64,000 nucleotides of DNA from Bacillota bacterium (GCA_012839765.1 DUMW01000082.1:1504-65503), one strand, 5' to 3'. Shown: positions 10,078 through 20,162, counted from the first letter of the stretch. Translations and numbers: made by a program. The notes: a model not told the origin generated them from the sequence alone.

Positions 10078-10172
10078 GGGTATCACCTATCCAGACTGTT
10101 CTGCCCCACAAAATCATCGCGGTGGCCTGGGGTAGAGCGTAGAATATCTAGTTGTACACCCAGCGTGACAGA

Positions 10173-10215
10173 GAAAGAGTCCTTCCTCAGGGAGCGGACT
10201 CTTTCTTCTTTCTTT
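10173..10215 (+). terminator. Intrinsic terminator after the paralog pair
   Basis: A 10-bp perfect stem (gaaagagtcc / ggactctttc) with a 13-nt loop is followed by ttctttcttt. Confidence 0.6.
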
Positions 10216-10373
10216 ACCCATACCGCCTTTAGACCGGAGAGTCTATTGCCATAGGAAAACAGGTAAAGGGATCTCCTCCTAGACCGTCGAAAACAACCAA
10301 GAGGTCCTATGGTACAAGCTCTGCCAAGGTGGGAATAATGGGCGGCTGCTTGTGTGCGCAAGGGGGTGCCAGT

Positions 10374-12017
10374 ATGGAGACAACACCGGTCAGTCTCCTT
10401 TGGCCTAGTGAAGAACACCTGGCCCGGGAGAGGAAGACCGCAGGCTTACCGGAGCAATTCATTACCGATCTGGATCTCGACAAGGTGGTCAGGGCCCTGA
10501 GTATTGATCTACGCAATCGGGAGTCTTTGCGGCGTATTCTGTACAGTCCCTGTACGGATCCAGAGGTGATCGAATATCGGTTGGCTATCCTCGAGGATTT
10601 CTTGAAGTTGCCCCGGCTGGTGTCCAAAATCAAGGAGCTTTCTCCCACCATCCGGCGTTTCACCTCCCTGAAGCAGCCCAGGCACATCAAAGGGGATCAT
10701 CCCCTCCGACAGTTGGGTTGGCGTTTTGAAGCGCTGGAGCAATATGTCCATTGTACTCAACGGTTGCAACAGGTGCTGGCCCTGTTCCGGGAGGATGTCC
10801 GTTCCGAAGGTCTGCGCCGCTTGACCGATTATCTCACTGCCCTGGTAGAGAGTAAGGAGTTCAAGGATTTGGAAGCAGAACTGCCTGCGGTGCGGGTGCG
10901 GTTTATGAGCGTTTCCAGTGTGACCATCGGTCTTAATTTGGACAAGCAGCTTCGCCCCGTGGAGGCCACGCTCCTTTCCATTAACTCCGAGCCCTTTGAG
11001 CCCAAGTCTTTCTTGGGCAAACTGCGGGGCCTATTTGCCGACGGGAAGCAACCCCATGTTTTTCACAGCCTTTTGAAACGCCCCGATCTGGAAGCGGCGT
11101 TGTTCAGGGATCTAGACGGGGTCTTCCGAGATGCCCTCAAACCGGTGAGCAGTGCCCTCGCCCGGTTTACGGGGATCAATTCCCGTTGGTATGCGCAACT
11201 GGAATCCGAGTTCGATTTTTACCTCGGTGCAGTCAAGCTGATCAACCAACTCCAGGCCGCGGGACTACCCATGTGTCGCCCCAAAGTGCTGCCCAAAGAA
11301 GCCCGGGTTACCGAGGTCAAAGACAGCTATAGCCTTACCTTGGCTCTGGATCGGCTGGCGACTAACCCGGTTCGTAAACTAGATGAAGAGATCGTGACCA
11401 ACGACATCCGTATGGGTCCCGAAGGACGGATCCTGGTGATCACGGGTCCAAACCAGGGCGGTAAGACCACTTATCTGCGCAGCATCGGCTTGGTTCAGGT
11501 GATGATGCAGGCGGGTCTTTTTGTGCCGGGCACCGAGGCAAAGATTAGCCCGGTGGACTGGGTTTATACCCATTTTGCGGAACAGGAAGGCACCGATAAC
11601 ATCGAAGGCCGCCTCAGTGCCGAACTGCGGCGGTTGGCCGAGATCTTCGAGACCGCGACCCCCTACAGCCTCCTTTTGCTCAATGAGTCCTTGGCCAGCA
11701 CCAGCCCAGGGGAGAGCCTCTACCTGACCTTGGATATTATCCGGGCGGTACGTTTCTTGGGTGCCCGGGCTGCCTTTGCCACTCACCTCCATGAGTTGGC
11801 GGAGAGTATCGATGAGATCAACCGACAAGTGCCCGGGGACAGTCTTTTGGTCAGCCTGGTGGCGGGGCTTACCTACGATGAACAAAACCGAGCCCAGCGC
11901 ACCTACCGGATCGTGCCTGCACCTCCCGTGGGCAAAAGCTACGCCAAGGATATCGCCCGGGCCTATGGGATCAGTTTTGAACAGTTGCGCGTCCGTCTGG
12001 AACGGAGGCGTCTGTAG
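10374..12017 (+). CDS. MutS-related ATPase with domains III-V only, lacking the mismatch-binding and Smr domains
   Basis: It has the Walker A motif ITGPNQGGKTTYLRSIG and MutS domain V motifs (LLLLNESLASTSPGES, FATHLHEL). The start may be ATG 10329 or 10374. Confidence 0.7.
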   Translation: METTPVSLLWPSEEHLARERKTAGLPEQFITDLDLDKVVRALSIDLRNRESLRRILYSPCTDPEVIEYRLAILEDFLKLPRLVSKIKELSPTIRRFTSLKQPRHIKGDHPLRQLGWRFEALEQYVHCTQRLQQVLALFREDVRSEGLRRLTDYLTALVESKEFKDLEAELPAVRVRFMSVSSVTIGLNLDKQLRPVEATLLSINSEPFEPKSFLGKLRGLFADGKQPHVFHSLLKRPDLEAALFRDLDGVFRDALKPVSSALARFTGINSRWYAQLESEFDFYLGAVKLINQLQAAGLPMCRPKVLPKEARVTEVKDSYSLTLALDRLATNPVRKLDEEIVTNDIRMGPEGRILVITGPNQGGKTTYLRSIGLVQVMMQAGLFVPGTEAKISPVDWVYTHFAEQEGTDNIEGRLSAELRRLAEIFETATPYSLLLLNESLASTSPGESLYLTLDIIRAVRFLGARAAFATHLHELAESIDEINRQVPGDSLLVSLVAGLTYDEQNRAQRTYRIVPAPPVGKSYAKDIARAYGISFEQLRVRLERRRL

Positions 12018-12245
12018 CTCTTCTATTGATTGATATGCTTCCTTAGTCCGATGAAAGGATTCTTTTCCTTACAAGTTTTCCTTCCAGCAATCCTTCCCTG
12101 ATGAACATAGTTCCCACAGGTTTACCCCGAACCTCCTGTAACGGATCCGGGATATCGGTTTTTCCGGAAGTTGAAGCGGAGAAGTGCCACCATTGGGGGG
12201 AAAGCTAAGACCAGGATCCACTGGGAGGGCAGTAGGGGGAAAACC

Positions 12246-12554
12246 GTGTCGAAGACCATTAACGAAGGTTTGGTAGCCACGCTTATCCGTCGCATCGAAA
12301 AACTGGCCATGCTTATGGAAAAGGCCAGTATTGCGGAGTACGTCGAGTTGTACCGCAATCCCCGCCGGATTATCTACCTCAGCTTTATCTCTGGCGTGGT
12401 GCGGGGCTTTGGGATCGCGGTGGGGTTTACGGTGGTGGGTGCGGCCTTCTTGCTGTTACTTAGCCGGCTGGCGTCCTTGAACTTGCCGGTGATCGGAGAG
12501 TATATTGCGGAACTGACGCGGATCGTCATGGAGAGATTGGCTACGGCGCCATAG
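12246..12554 (+). CDS. Small membrane protein (~102 aa, one C-terminal TM helix)
   Basis: The RBS agggggaaaacc precedes a GTG start. The C-terminal hydrophobic stretch is GFGIAVGFTVVGAAFLLLL. Confidence 0.5.
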   Translation: MSKTINEGLVATLIRRIEKLAMLMEKASIAEYVELYRNPRRIIYLSFISGVVRGFGIAVGFTVVGAAFLLLLSRLASLNLPVIGEYIAELTRIVMERLATAP

Positions 12555-12571
12555 TTGAAGGGGGAACGAGG

Positions 12572-13189
12572 ATGCAGCATTTGACACCTGAGGATCTAGG
12601 TAAACTAAAACAGCATCTGCAGGCGTATCAACATGAGTTACAAAACCGCATCTCCCGCATGCAGGGAGAACTTAGCCAAAGCATGACCCAGTCGGTGGGC
12701 GAACTGTCCGCCTACGACCAGCATAGTTCGGATCTGGGTTTTGAAATGTACGAGCGCAGTAGAGACATCGGCCTCATGGACAACCTCAGGATGCTGGCCG
12801 GAAGGGTGCAGGATGCCCTAGAGGCCATCGACGACGGCTCCTACGGTGTTTGTGATGTCTGTGGACAGCCCATCGACGCAGACCGCCTTTGGGCGATACC
12901 CTACACTACCTTGTGCTATGCCTGCAGCGAGGAACTGCCTTCGAGGGAATCCCGGCCCGTGGAGGAAAAGGTTCTGGGACCACCCTTTGGTCGCAGCTTC
13001 CGGGATGAGGATGATTATACCGGGTTTGATGGCGAGGATGCCTGGCAGGAGCTGGCCCGCTGGGGCAACGCCAATTCACCCCAGGATGTGGGTGGTGGTG
13101 TTTCTGTCGATCAAGCCTACATTGATGCGGCGGAGGTGCGGAGTGCCGTGGAGGAGATGGATCAGTTCCGCCGACGCCCCCAGCGTTGA
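12572..13189 (+). CDS. DksA/TraR-family C4 zinc-finger protein (YteA/YlyA-like) with an acidic C-terminal extension
   Basis: It has the C4 motif CDVCGQPI...LCYAC after a coiled-coil N-terminus, and a strong RBS gaagggggaacgagg. Its position upstream of lspA-rluD-pyrR matches B. subtilis ylyA. Confidence 0.75.
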   Translation: MQHLTPEDLGKLKQHLQAYQHELQNRISRMQGELSQSMTQSVGELSAYDQHSSDLGFEMYERSRDIGLMDNLRMLAGRVQDALEAIDDGSYGVCDVCGQPIDADRLWAIPYTTLCYACSEELPSRESRPVEEKVLGPPFGRSFRDEDDYTGFDGEDAWQELARWGNANSPQDVGGGVSVDQAYIDAAEVRSAVEEMDQFRRRPQR

Positions 13190-13219
13190 ACCGGAAGGGA
13201 ATATGTGCTAGAATATTTT
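13185..13219 (+). promoter_or_regulatory. Candidate sigma-A promoter for lspA
   Basis: It has TTGAAC, a 17-nt spacer, and a TGc-extended -10 TAGAAT. It sits about 50 nt upstream of the lspA start. Confidence 0.4.
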
Positions 13220-13268
13220 CGGTTTCCGGCGTGGTTCCATGCCGCATTTTGAGCCAGGGGGTTAGGGT

Positions 13269-13721
13269 ATGCTGTATTTTGCGCTTGGGGCAGTGGTGGT
13301 GGTACTGGATCAGCTGACAAAGCTTTTGGTGCAAGCCAGGATCCCGATGGGACAATCGGTGGCGGTGTTCCACCCGGTGCTATATTTCACCCACGTACAG
13401 AATCCAGGAGCAGCTTTCGGTATTTTCCCCGCTGGCTCCTTTCTTTTTGTCATGATAACCTTCATTGTGCTTGGCGCGTTGGGGTGGTTTGTGTACACCA
13501 CGCGACCTAAGGATCCGCTGCTTTTGCTGGGCATCACCTTCAGTGCCAGCGGCGCCTTAGGTAATGTCATCGATCGTCTGCGCATCGGCAAAGTGGTGGA
13601 CTTCATTGATATCCGCGTCTGGCCCATCTTCAACGTGGCGGACATCGCCATCGTGGGCGGTGTACTTCTACTCCTGTGGTACATCGTCCGACAGCCCAAG
13701 ACACAAGGTGAACGGTGGTGA
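13269..13721 (+). CDS. lspA: Lipoprotein signal peptidase II
   Basis: It has the motifs GNVIDRL and FNVADIAI and four TM segments. Confidence 0.9.
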   Translation: MLYFALGAVVVVLDQLTKLLVQARIPMGQSVAVFHPVLYFTHVQNPGAAFGIFPAGSFLFVMITFIVLGALGWFVYTTRPKDPLLLLGITFSASGALGNVIDRLRIGKVVDFIDIRVWPIFNVADIAIVGGVLLLLWYIVRQPKTQGERW

Positions 13722-13751
13722 GGCGGTATTTGCAGTGAACTTGAACCTTCT

Positions 13752-14675
13752 GTGATGATTGTGACCACACCGGACAGCATCAAATTGCGTCTGGATGTTT
13801 TCTTGACCAGGCATCCCGATATCCCTTCCCGTTCCGTAGCCCGCCGGCTGATCGAAGAGGGTAAAGTGCTGGTCAATGGAGCCGCCTGCAAACCCAGTTA
13901 TCGTACCAACTACGGGGATCAGATCGAGGTGTACGTCCCCCTGCGGGAGACCGACAGTGTGGAACCAGAGGACATCCCCTTGGATATTCTCTACGAAGAT
14001 GCTGATCTTTTGGTGGTGAACAAGCCGCCGGGGATGGTGGTACATCCCGCTCCGGGGAGCGAAAGGGGTACCCTGGTCAATGCCCTCTTGGCCTACACTA
14101 ACGAGTTATCTTACATCGGTGGACCGAAACGGCGAGGGATCGTCCACCGGCTGGATAAGGAGACTTCCGGTGTACTGGTGGTGGCCAAGAATGACATGGC
14201 CCACATGTGTTTGGCGGAGCAGCTCAAACTACGCACCGTTAAGCGGATGTATTGGGTTTTGGTTCAGGGGCGGTTGAGTCTGGACGAAGGGAAGATCGAG
14301 GCCCCCATCGGCCGTCACACCTTCGATCGTAAGCGGATGGCCGTGCGGTACAACGGTGGGCGCAATGCCATTACCTATTATTACGTTAAGGAACGGTTCC
14401 AAAACTTTACGCGACTGGATGCCCGCATCGTTACGGGTCGGACCCATCAGATTCGGGTACATCTGGCCTTTATCAATCACCCTGTGGTGGCGGACAAGAA
14501 GTACAGCCCCGGCGGGGCTACCCTCGGTTTGGACAGACATGCCCTGCATGCTTCGGAACTGGAATTCCGGCATCCCCGGACCGGCAAGCATGTGCACTTC
14601 GTTGCCCCCTTGCCGGAGGATCTGCGGAGGGTGATGGATGGCTTGTATGCCCTGGAGCCAAAGGAGGAGCAATGA
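13752..14675 (+). CDS. rluD: 23S rRNA pseudouridine synthase, RluA family (RluD-like)
   Basis: An S4 domain is followed by the catalytic motif HRLDKETSGVLVVAKN. Confidence 0.85.
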   Translation: MMIVTTPDSIKLRLDVFLTRHPDIPSRSVARRLIEEGKVLVNGAACKPSYRTNYGDQIEVYVPLRETDSVEPEDIPLDILYEDADLLVVNKPPGMVVHPAPGSERGTLVNALLAYTNELSYIGGPKRRGIVHRLDKETSGVLVVAKNDMAHMCLAEQLKLRTVKRMYWVLVQGRLSLDEGKIEAPIGRHTFDRKRMAVRYNGGRNAITYYYVKERFQNFTRLDARIVTGRTHQIRVHLAFINHPVVADKKYSPGGATLGLDRHALHASELEFRHPRTGKHVHFVAPLPEDLRRVMDGLYALEPKEEQ

Positions 14676-15217
14676 TGCTTAAGTTCAAAAAGGAAGTCCT
14701 GGACAACAAGGAGATGGATCGAGTCTTAGACCGGATGACCCACGAGATCCTGGAGCGCAACCGGGGGGTGGAGGAGCTGGCGGTAATTGGCATCCGTACC
14801 CGGGGTGTGCCCTTGGCCAAGCGGTTGACCCAGAAGCTGGAGGCGGTGGAGGGGAAGGAAGTCCCCCTGGGGATTTTGGATATTAACCTGTATCGAGATG
14901 ATCTCTCCCTGGCCGCTGCCCAGCCGGTGGTGCGGACCACCGAGGTTCCCTTTGACATCACCGACCGGATTATCGTCCTGGTGGACGACGTGTTGTATAC
15001 CGGCCGGACGGTCCGCTCGGCCCTTGATGCGCTAATTGACCTGGGCCGACCCCGGAAGATTCAACTGGCGGTACTCATCGACCGCGGGCACCGGGAACTG
15101 CCCATTCAGGCCGATTTCGTCGGGAAGGAAGTTCCCACCGCACGGACGGAAGTGATCAAGGTTTGCCTGGAGGAGATTGACGGTGAGGACAAGGTTCAAC
15201 TCTTTGAACATTGTTAG
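14672..15217 (+). CDS. pyrR: Bifunctional pyrimidine operon regulator / uracil phosphoribosyltransferase PyrR
   Basis: It has a PRTase motif VLVDDVLYTGRT. Its start overlaps the rluD stop (ATGATG). Confidence 0.9.
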   Translation: MMLKFKKEVLDNKEMDRVLDRMTHEILERNRGVEELAVIGIRTRGVPLAKRLTQKLEAVEGKEVPLGILDINLYRDDLSLAAAQPVVRTTEVPFDITDRIIVLVDDVLYTGRTVRSALDALIDLGRPRKIQLAVLIDRGHRELPIQADFVGKEVPTARTEVIKVCLEEIDGEDKVQLFEHC

Positions 15218-15228
15218 GAGGGGTCGGT

Positions 15229-16173
15229 GTGGGACTACGAGGTAAAGACCTATTAGGCTTACAGGATCTTACCGCAGAGGAGATCCAACTGATCTTAGAT
15301 ACGGCCAAACCCTGCAAGGAAATTTTATCCAGGACCATCAAGAAGACCCCGGCCTTGAGGGGGAAAGCGGTGGCCAATGTGTTCTATGAGCCGAGCACCC
15401 GCACACGCAATTCCTTTGAGATGGCGGCCAAGACCATGAGTGCGGATGTCATCAATGTGGCGGTGGCCCAAAGCAGTGTGAAGAAGGGGGAGAGTCTCAT
15501 CGATACCGCCGAGACTCTGCGGGCCATCGGTGCCGATGTGATCGTGCTACGGCACTATGCAGCCGGTGCCGCGGCCTTTTTGGCCCGGCATATTGATATT
15601 TGTGTGATTAACGCGGGGGACGGCTGGCATGAACACCCCACCCAGGCCCTGTTGGATCTTTTCACCATTTTGGAACACAAGGCGCAGATTGCCGGTCTGA
15701 AGGTACTGATCGTCGGCGACATCCTCCACAGCCGGGTGGCCCGTTCTAACATTTGGGGACTGACCAAGCTGGGGGCGGAGGTGTACGTGGCGGGACCGCC
15801 CACCCTGATCCCCACGGGGATTGAAAAGCTAGGGGTACAGGTGGTCTACGATCTGGACAAGTATCTGCCCCAGATGGATGTGGTCAACCTTTTGCGGGTT
15901 CAAAGGGAAAGGCATCACCGGGCGGTCTTTCCCTCTATCCGGGATTATGTGCGTAGCTTCGGTCTACACAAAGACCGGCTGAAGTTGTTGTCCGATGATT
16001 GTCTCATCCTGCATCCCGGGCCCACCAATTTGGGGGTGGAGATTACCCCCGACGTGGTGGAGGATCCCCGGGCGGTGATCACCGAACAGGTGACCAATGG
16101 TGTGGCGGTGCGCATGGCCCTGTTATATCTGCTCTTGGCGGGAGGTAGGAAAATCGATGAGTCTGTTGATTAA
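15229..16173 (+). CDS. pyrB: Aspartate carbamoyltransferase catalytic subunit
   Basis: It has STRTR and HPGP motifs. The RBS TTAGGAGGGG precedes a GTG at 15229. The ORF-track start at 15211 overlaps the pyrR stop. Confidence 0.9.
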   Translation: MGLRGKDLLGLQDLTAEEIQLILDTAKPCKEILSRTIKKTPALRGKAVANVFYEPSTRTRNSFEMAAKTMSADVINVAVAQSSVKKGESLIDTAETLRAIGADVIVLRHYAAGAAAFLARHIDICVINAGDGWHEHPTQALLDLFTILEHKAQIAGLKVLIVGDILHSRVARSNIWGLTKLGAEVYVAGPPTLIPTGIEKLGVQVVYDLDKYLPQMDVVNLLRVQRERHHRAVFPSIRDYVRSFGLHKDRLKLLSDDCLILHPGPTNLGVEITPDVVEDPRAVITEQVTNGVAVRMALLYLLLAGGRKIDESVD

Positions 16174-17452
16174 AAACGCATTGGTCATTGACCCGATAAG
16201 CAACATTGATCGGGTTCAACTGGATATCCTCATCCAGGGGGAAAGGATCGTCAAGGTAGGGCCCAATTTGGAAGCCACCGCTGACACCACGGTCTACGAT
16301 GCTGCCGGTCTGTGGGCGGTGCCAGGCCTGGTGGATATCCACGTGCATCTGCGCCAACCGGGCCGAGAGGACAAGGAGACAGTGCGCACCGGCACCATGG
16401 CGGCCGCGGCTGGGGGGTTTGTGGCGGTAGCCTGTATGCCTAACACGGATCCCGTGCTCGATGGGGAAACCGTCTGCGGTTTTCTACATGAGATCATCAG
16501 GAAGGACGCGGTGGTGGAGGTGTATCCCATCGGGGCGATCAGTAAGAACCTGGCCGGCGAGGAGCTGGCGGAGCTGGTGGAGATGGCCCAAGCCGGGGTG
16601 CGAGGCTTTTCCGACGACGGACACTGTGTCAACGACGGATATTTGATGCGCCAAGCCTTAGAATATGGCAAGATGTTGGATTTGCCGGTGATCACCCACG
16701 CCGAGGACGGGAAATTGGCCGATGGTGGGGTCATGCATGAAGGCTACTGGTCCACCGTTTTGGGTCTGCCTCCCATCAGTCCCGTGGCGGAAGAAGCAAT
16801 CATTGCCCGGGATCTGCTCTTGGCGGAGGAGACCGGTGCCCACTTGCACATTGCCCATGTCAGCACCGCCCGGTCCGTGGAACTGATCCGCTGGGGGAAG
16901 GCCCGGGGGATCAAGGTCACCGCGGAAGTCACTCCCCATCATCTGACTCTGACCGACGAGGCGGTTTGTGGCTACGATACCAACACCAAAGTAAACCCGC
17001 CCTTGCGCTCCTGGGAGGATGTGCAGGCGGTGCGGCAGGGACTGGCCGACGGGACCATCGACTGTATTGCCTCGGATCATGCCCCCCACACTAGGGAAGA
17101 GAAGGAGCAGGAGTACATCCATGCCCCCTTCGGGCTCATTGGTCTAGAGACCACGGTGCCGGTGATCATGTCGGAGCTGGTCCATGGGGGTATTCTCACG
17201 CCCCTTCGGGCCATTGAGGCCATGTCTACGGCACCGGCTAGGATTCTGGGCCTTGACCCCTTAGCCATTGCCCCCGGTCAGGTGGCCAGCATCACCCTCA
17301 TCGATCCGGAGCGGGAGAAGGTGGTGGAGCCCGATGGGTTCTACAGCAAGAGCCGCAATACGCCCTTCGGGGGCCGGAAGTACAAAGGCTGGCCCCAGGC
17401 CTTAGTTTACCGCGGCCGCATGATCATGGAAGGTGGGAAGGTCCGTGCTTAA
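16157..17452 (+). CDS. pyrC: Dihydroorotase
   Basis: It has DIHVHLRQPG and metal-ligand His/Asp motifs. The RBS GGAGGTAGGA precedes the ATG at 16157. Confidence 0.9.
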   Translation: MSLLIKNALVIDPISNIDRVQLDILIQGERIVKVGPNLEATADTTVYDAAGLWAVPGLVDIHVHLRQPGREDKETVRTGTMAAAAGGFVAVACMPNTDPVLDGETVCGFLHEIIRKDAVVEVYPIGAISKNLAGEELAELVEMAQAGVRGFSDDGHCVNDGYLMRQALEYGKMLDLPVITHAEDGKLADGGVMHEGYWSTVLGLPPISPVAEEAIIARDLLLAEETGAHLHIAHVSTARSVELIRWGKARGIKVTAEVTPHHLTLTDEAVCGYDTNTKVNPPLRSWEDVQAVRQGLADGTIDCIASDHAPHTREEKEQEYIHAPFGLIGLETTVPVIMSELVHGGILTPLRAIEAMSTAPARILGLDPLAIAPGQVASITLIDPEREKVVEPDGFYSKSRNTPFGGRKYKGWPQALVYRGRMIMEGGKVRA

Positions 17453-18383
17453 TTTCGCCGATCGTTTGGACCAGGCAATGACGAAAAAACAAAGCCACGT
17501 GGTGGTGGGTCTCGATCCCCGCTGGCACCTGATTCCGGCGTACCTGAAGGAGGAAGCGGCCAGGAGATTTGGTCCCGGGCCCGAGGCGGTGAAAGAGGTC
17601 CTCTTTCAGTTTGGCGCCCGGATTATCGAAGCGGTGGCGGAGTACGCGGTGGCGGTGAAGCCCCAATTTGCCTTCTACGAACAGTTTGGCCCCTGGGGCC
17701 TGCAGGCTCTCCAGGAATTGGCCAGGGTGGCGTCCAGCCACGGTCTTTTGGTTGTCGGTGATGGCAAACGCAATGACATCGGTTCCACCGCCGAGGCCTA
17801 TGCCACCGCCTATTTAGGAGAGGTGGAGTTGTTTTCCCCGCCCCAGCGGATCTGGTCCTTTGACGCAATGACGGTGAACGCCTATTTGGGTACCGACGGG
17901 GTTTTGCCCTTCATACAGGTTGCGGAAAGGCAGGGGAACGGTCTGTTCGTGTTGTTGCGTACCTCCAATCCCTCCGCGGTGGAGTTTCAGGACCTGCCCA
18001 GTGGGGAGGGGAAAGTCTATGAAGCGGTGGCGGACAAGGTGGCCCAGTGGGTAGAGGATTGGCCCCTTGGCCGTTGTGGGTACAGCTTTATCGGCGTGGT
18101 GGTGGGAGCCACCTACCCGGAGGATGCTAAGATGTTACGGGAAAGGCTGCCCAAGTGCATCTTCCTGGTGCCGGGCTACGGCGCCCAAGGGGCCGGGGCC
18201 CAAGAGGTTTTGCCTTCTTTCGACGCAGACGGGAAAGGGGCCGTGGTTAACTCCGCCCGGGATATTATCTTCGCCTATACAAAGCCCGAATACAGTCAGT
18301 ACGGAGAGCGCGATTTTGCAAAAGCTGCCGGCGAAGCGGCCCGTCGGATGCGGGATGACCTCAGGCGGGTCGTTGGCTGGTGA
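17445..18383 (+). CDS. pyrF: Orotidine-5'-phosphate decarboxylase, long (type 2) form
   Basis: It has the NFADRL N-terminus and VVGLDP and KRNDIGST motifs. The start may be GTG 17445 or ATG 17478. Confidence 0.85.
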   Translation: MLNFADRLDQAMTKKQSHVVVGLDPRWHLIPAYLKEEAARRFGPGPEAVKEVLFQFGARIIEAVAEYAVAVKPQFAFYEQFGPWGLQALQELARVASSHGLLVVGDGKRNDIGSTAEAYATAYLGEVELFSPPQRIWSFDAMTVNAYLGTDGVLPFIQVAERQGNGLFVLLRTSNPSAVEFQDLPSGEGKVYEAVADKVAQWVEDWPLGRCGYSFIGVVVGATYPEDAKMLRERLPKCIFLVPGYGAQGAGAQEVLPSFDADGKGAVVNSARDIIFAYTKPEYSQYGERDFAKAAGEAARRMRDDLRRVVGW

Positions 18384-18394
18384 GGAGTGATCCT

Positions 18395-19195
18395 ATGCAG
18401 GGTGATCATCAAGGAATTCTCATAGAAAAAAAGCAGGTGACCCCTGATTGTTACCTGTTTACCATCGAAAGTTCCAAGCTTGCCTTGGCTACTCCGGGTC
18501 AGTTCATTCATATCCTTCCCCAGGCGTCTTGGGGTATCTCCCAGGATCCCTTGCTCCGACGTCCGATTAGTCTGTATGACGTCTCCAAGGAAGCCCAGAG
18601 GGGCCAGATCCTTTTTCGGGTGGTGGGTCGCGGCACTAAGGCCCTGAGCCAGTTTGTACCCGGGGATCTGATTGATTTCCTCGGCCCCATCGGTCGGGGC
18701 TTTACCTTGCCCGTGGGTGGCCCAAGGGAAGTGGCCTTGGTGGGCGGTGGGATTGGCCTGGCACCCCTGTTTTACCTGGCGCGCAGACTTATCGAGGAAG
18801 GACACCGGGTCTGTGCCTATTTTGGCTTCCGGGGTAAGGACGACTATATCCCTGTGGAACCCTTCGGTCAGCTTGGGTGTGCGGTGGAGGTCTTTACCGA
18901 AGACGGTTCCCGGGGGACGCGGGGTTTTCCCACCCTGGGGCTGGAACAGGCTTTACGGGAAGGTGTCCATCGGGTTTACGCCTGCGGACCTGTTCCCATG
19001 CTGGCCGCCGTGGTGGAACTGGCGGGGGATGTGCCCTGTGAGGTATCCATGGAAGAGCGGATGGGCTGCGGGATTGGGGCTTGCTTAGGCTGTGTCTGTA
19101 AAGTGAAGGGCCGGGAAGAATACCAGCGGGTCTGTGTGGATGGACCGGTCTTTGACGGTGCCACCTTGGACTTTTCCCGCTGGCGGGAAGACTAG
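18395..19195 (+). CDS. pyrK: Dihydroorotate dehydrogenase electron-transfer subunit (FAD / 2Fe-2S)
   Basis: It has RRPISL and a C-terminal [11 protein letters not shown] cluster. The RBS GGTGAGGAG sits 7 nt before the ATG. Confidence 0.85.
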   Translation: MQGDHQGILIEKKQVTPDCYLFTIESSKLALATPGQFIHILPQASWGISQDPLLRRPISLYDVSKEAQRGQILFRVVGRGTKALSQFVPGDLIDFLGPIGRGFTLPVGGPREVALVGGGIGLAPLFYLARRLIEEGHRVCAYFGFRGKDDYIPVEPFGQLGCAVEVFTEDGSRGTRGFPTLGLEQALREGVHRVYACGPVPMLAAVVELAGDVPCEVSMEERMGCGIGACLGCVCKVKGREEYQRVCVDGPVFDGATLDFSRWRED

Positions 19196-19238
19196 GACAA
19201 AGGAGGGGGGAACGGGGCCTTGGGGCGCCGTTCGAGCC

Positions 19239-20162
19239 ATGAAACCAGATCTTACGACGGAGATTGGCGGATTGAGACTGACCAACCCAGTGATGCCCGC
19301 CTCGGGTACTTTCGGAAATGGCCGGGAATACAGTGCCTATTTTCCCCTGGATATCCTTGGGGCCGTGGTGGTAAACGGGGTCACCCTGGAGCCTAAGGTG
19401 GGGAATCCACCTCCCCGGGTCACCGAAACCCCCGGCGGGATGCTAAATTCCATCGGGCTAGAAAACTCAGGAGTGGAGGTTTTCCTTGCCGAGGATCTGC
19501 CCTTTTTGCGCCAGTGGCAGGTGCCGGTGATCGTCAACATTTCCGGCAATACGGTGGAGGAGTATGCCCGCCTGGCCCGGATCCTAGGGGAGACACCGGG
19601 GATCGGGGCCCTTGAGGTGAATATTTCCTGTCCCAACGTGAAATGCGGGGGGATCAGCTTTGGTACCAGTCCCCAGATGGCTGCGGAGGTCACCGCGGCG
19701 GTGAAGGAGGCCACCACGCTGCCTGTGATCGTGAAGCTTACCCCCAATGTGACCAGTGTGCAACAGATGGCTGCGGCGGTGGAAAAGGCGGGGGCGGATG
19801 CAATCTCGCTAATCAACACCTTGCTGGGGATGCAGATCGATGTGGAGACTCGGCGACCGGTATTGGGGAATATTAAAGGAGGGCTTTCGGGACCGGCGGT
19901 GCGGCCCATTGCGGTGCGGATGGTCTATGAAGTTTACGAGGCGGTTTCCGTGCCCATTATCGGTATGGGAGGAATTGACAGCACCGCAGCAGCTTTGGAG
20001 ATGATCCTGGCGGGCGCGAGCGCCGTTGCGGTGGGCACCGCCAATTTCGTGGATCCCTGGATCATGCCAAAGATTATTGCCGGTTTGGAGAAATACTTGC
20101 AGGATCACGGCATAGATAATATACGAGTGCTAATTGGTGCCGCACACCAAAAAGGAGGCTAA
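19239..20162 (+). CDS. pyrD: Dihydroorotate dehydrogenase 1B catalytic subunit
   Basis: It has [11 protein letters not shown] and GLENSG FMN-barrel motifs. Confidence 0.9.
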   Translation: MKPDLTTEIGGLRLTNPVMPASGTFGNGREYSAYFPLDILGAVVVNGVTLEPKVGNPPPRVTETPGGMLNSIGLENSGVEVFLAEDLPFLRQWQVPVIVNISGNTVEEYARLARILGETPGIGALEVNISCPNVKCGGISFGTSPQMAAEVTAAVKEATTLPVIVKLTPNVTSVQQMAAAVEKAGADAISLINTLLGMQIDVETRRPVLGNIKGGLSGPAVRPIAVRMVYEVYEAVSVPIIGMGGIDSTAAALEMILAGASAVAVGTANFVDPWIMPKIIAGLEKYLQDHGIDNIRVLIGAAHQKGG

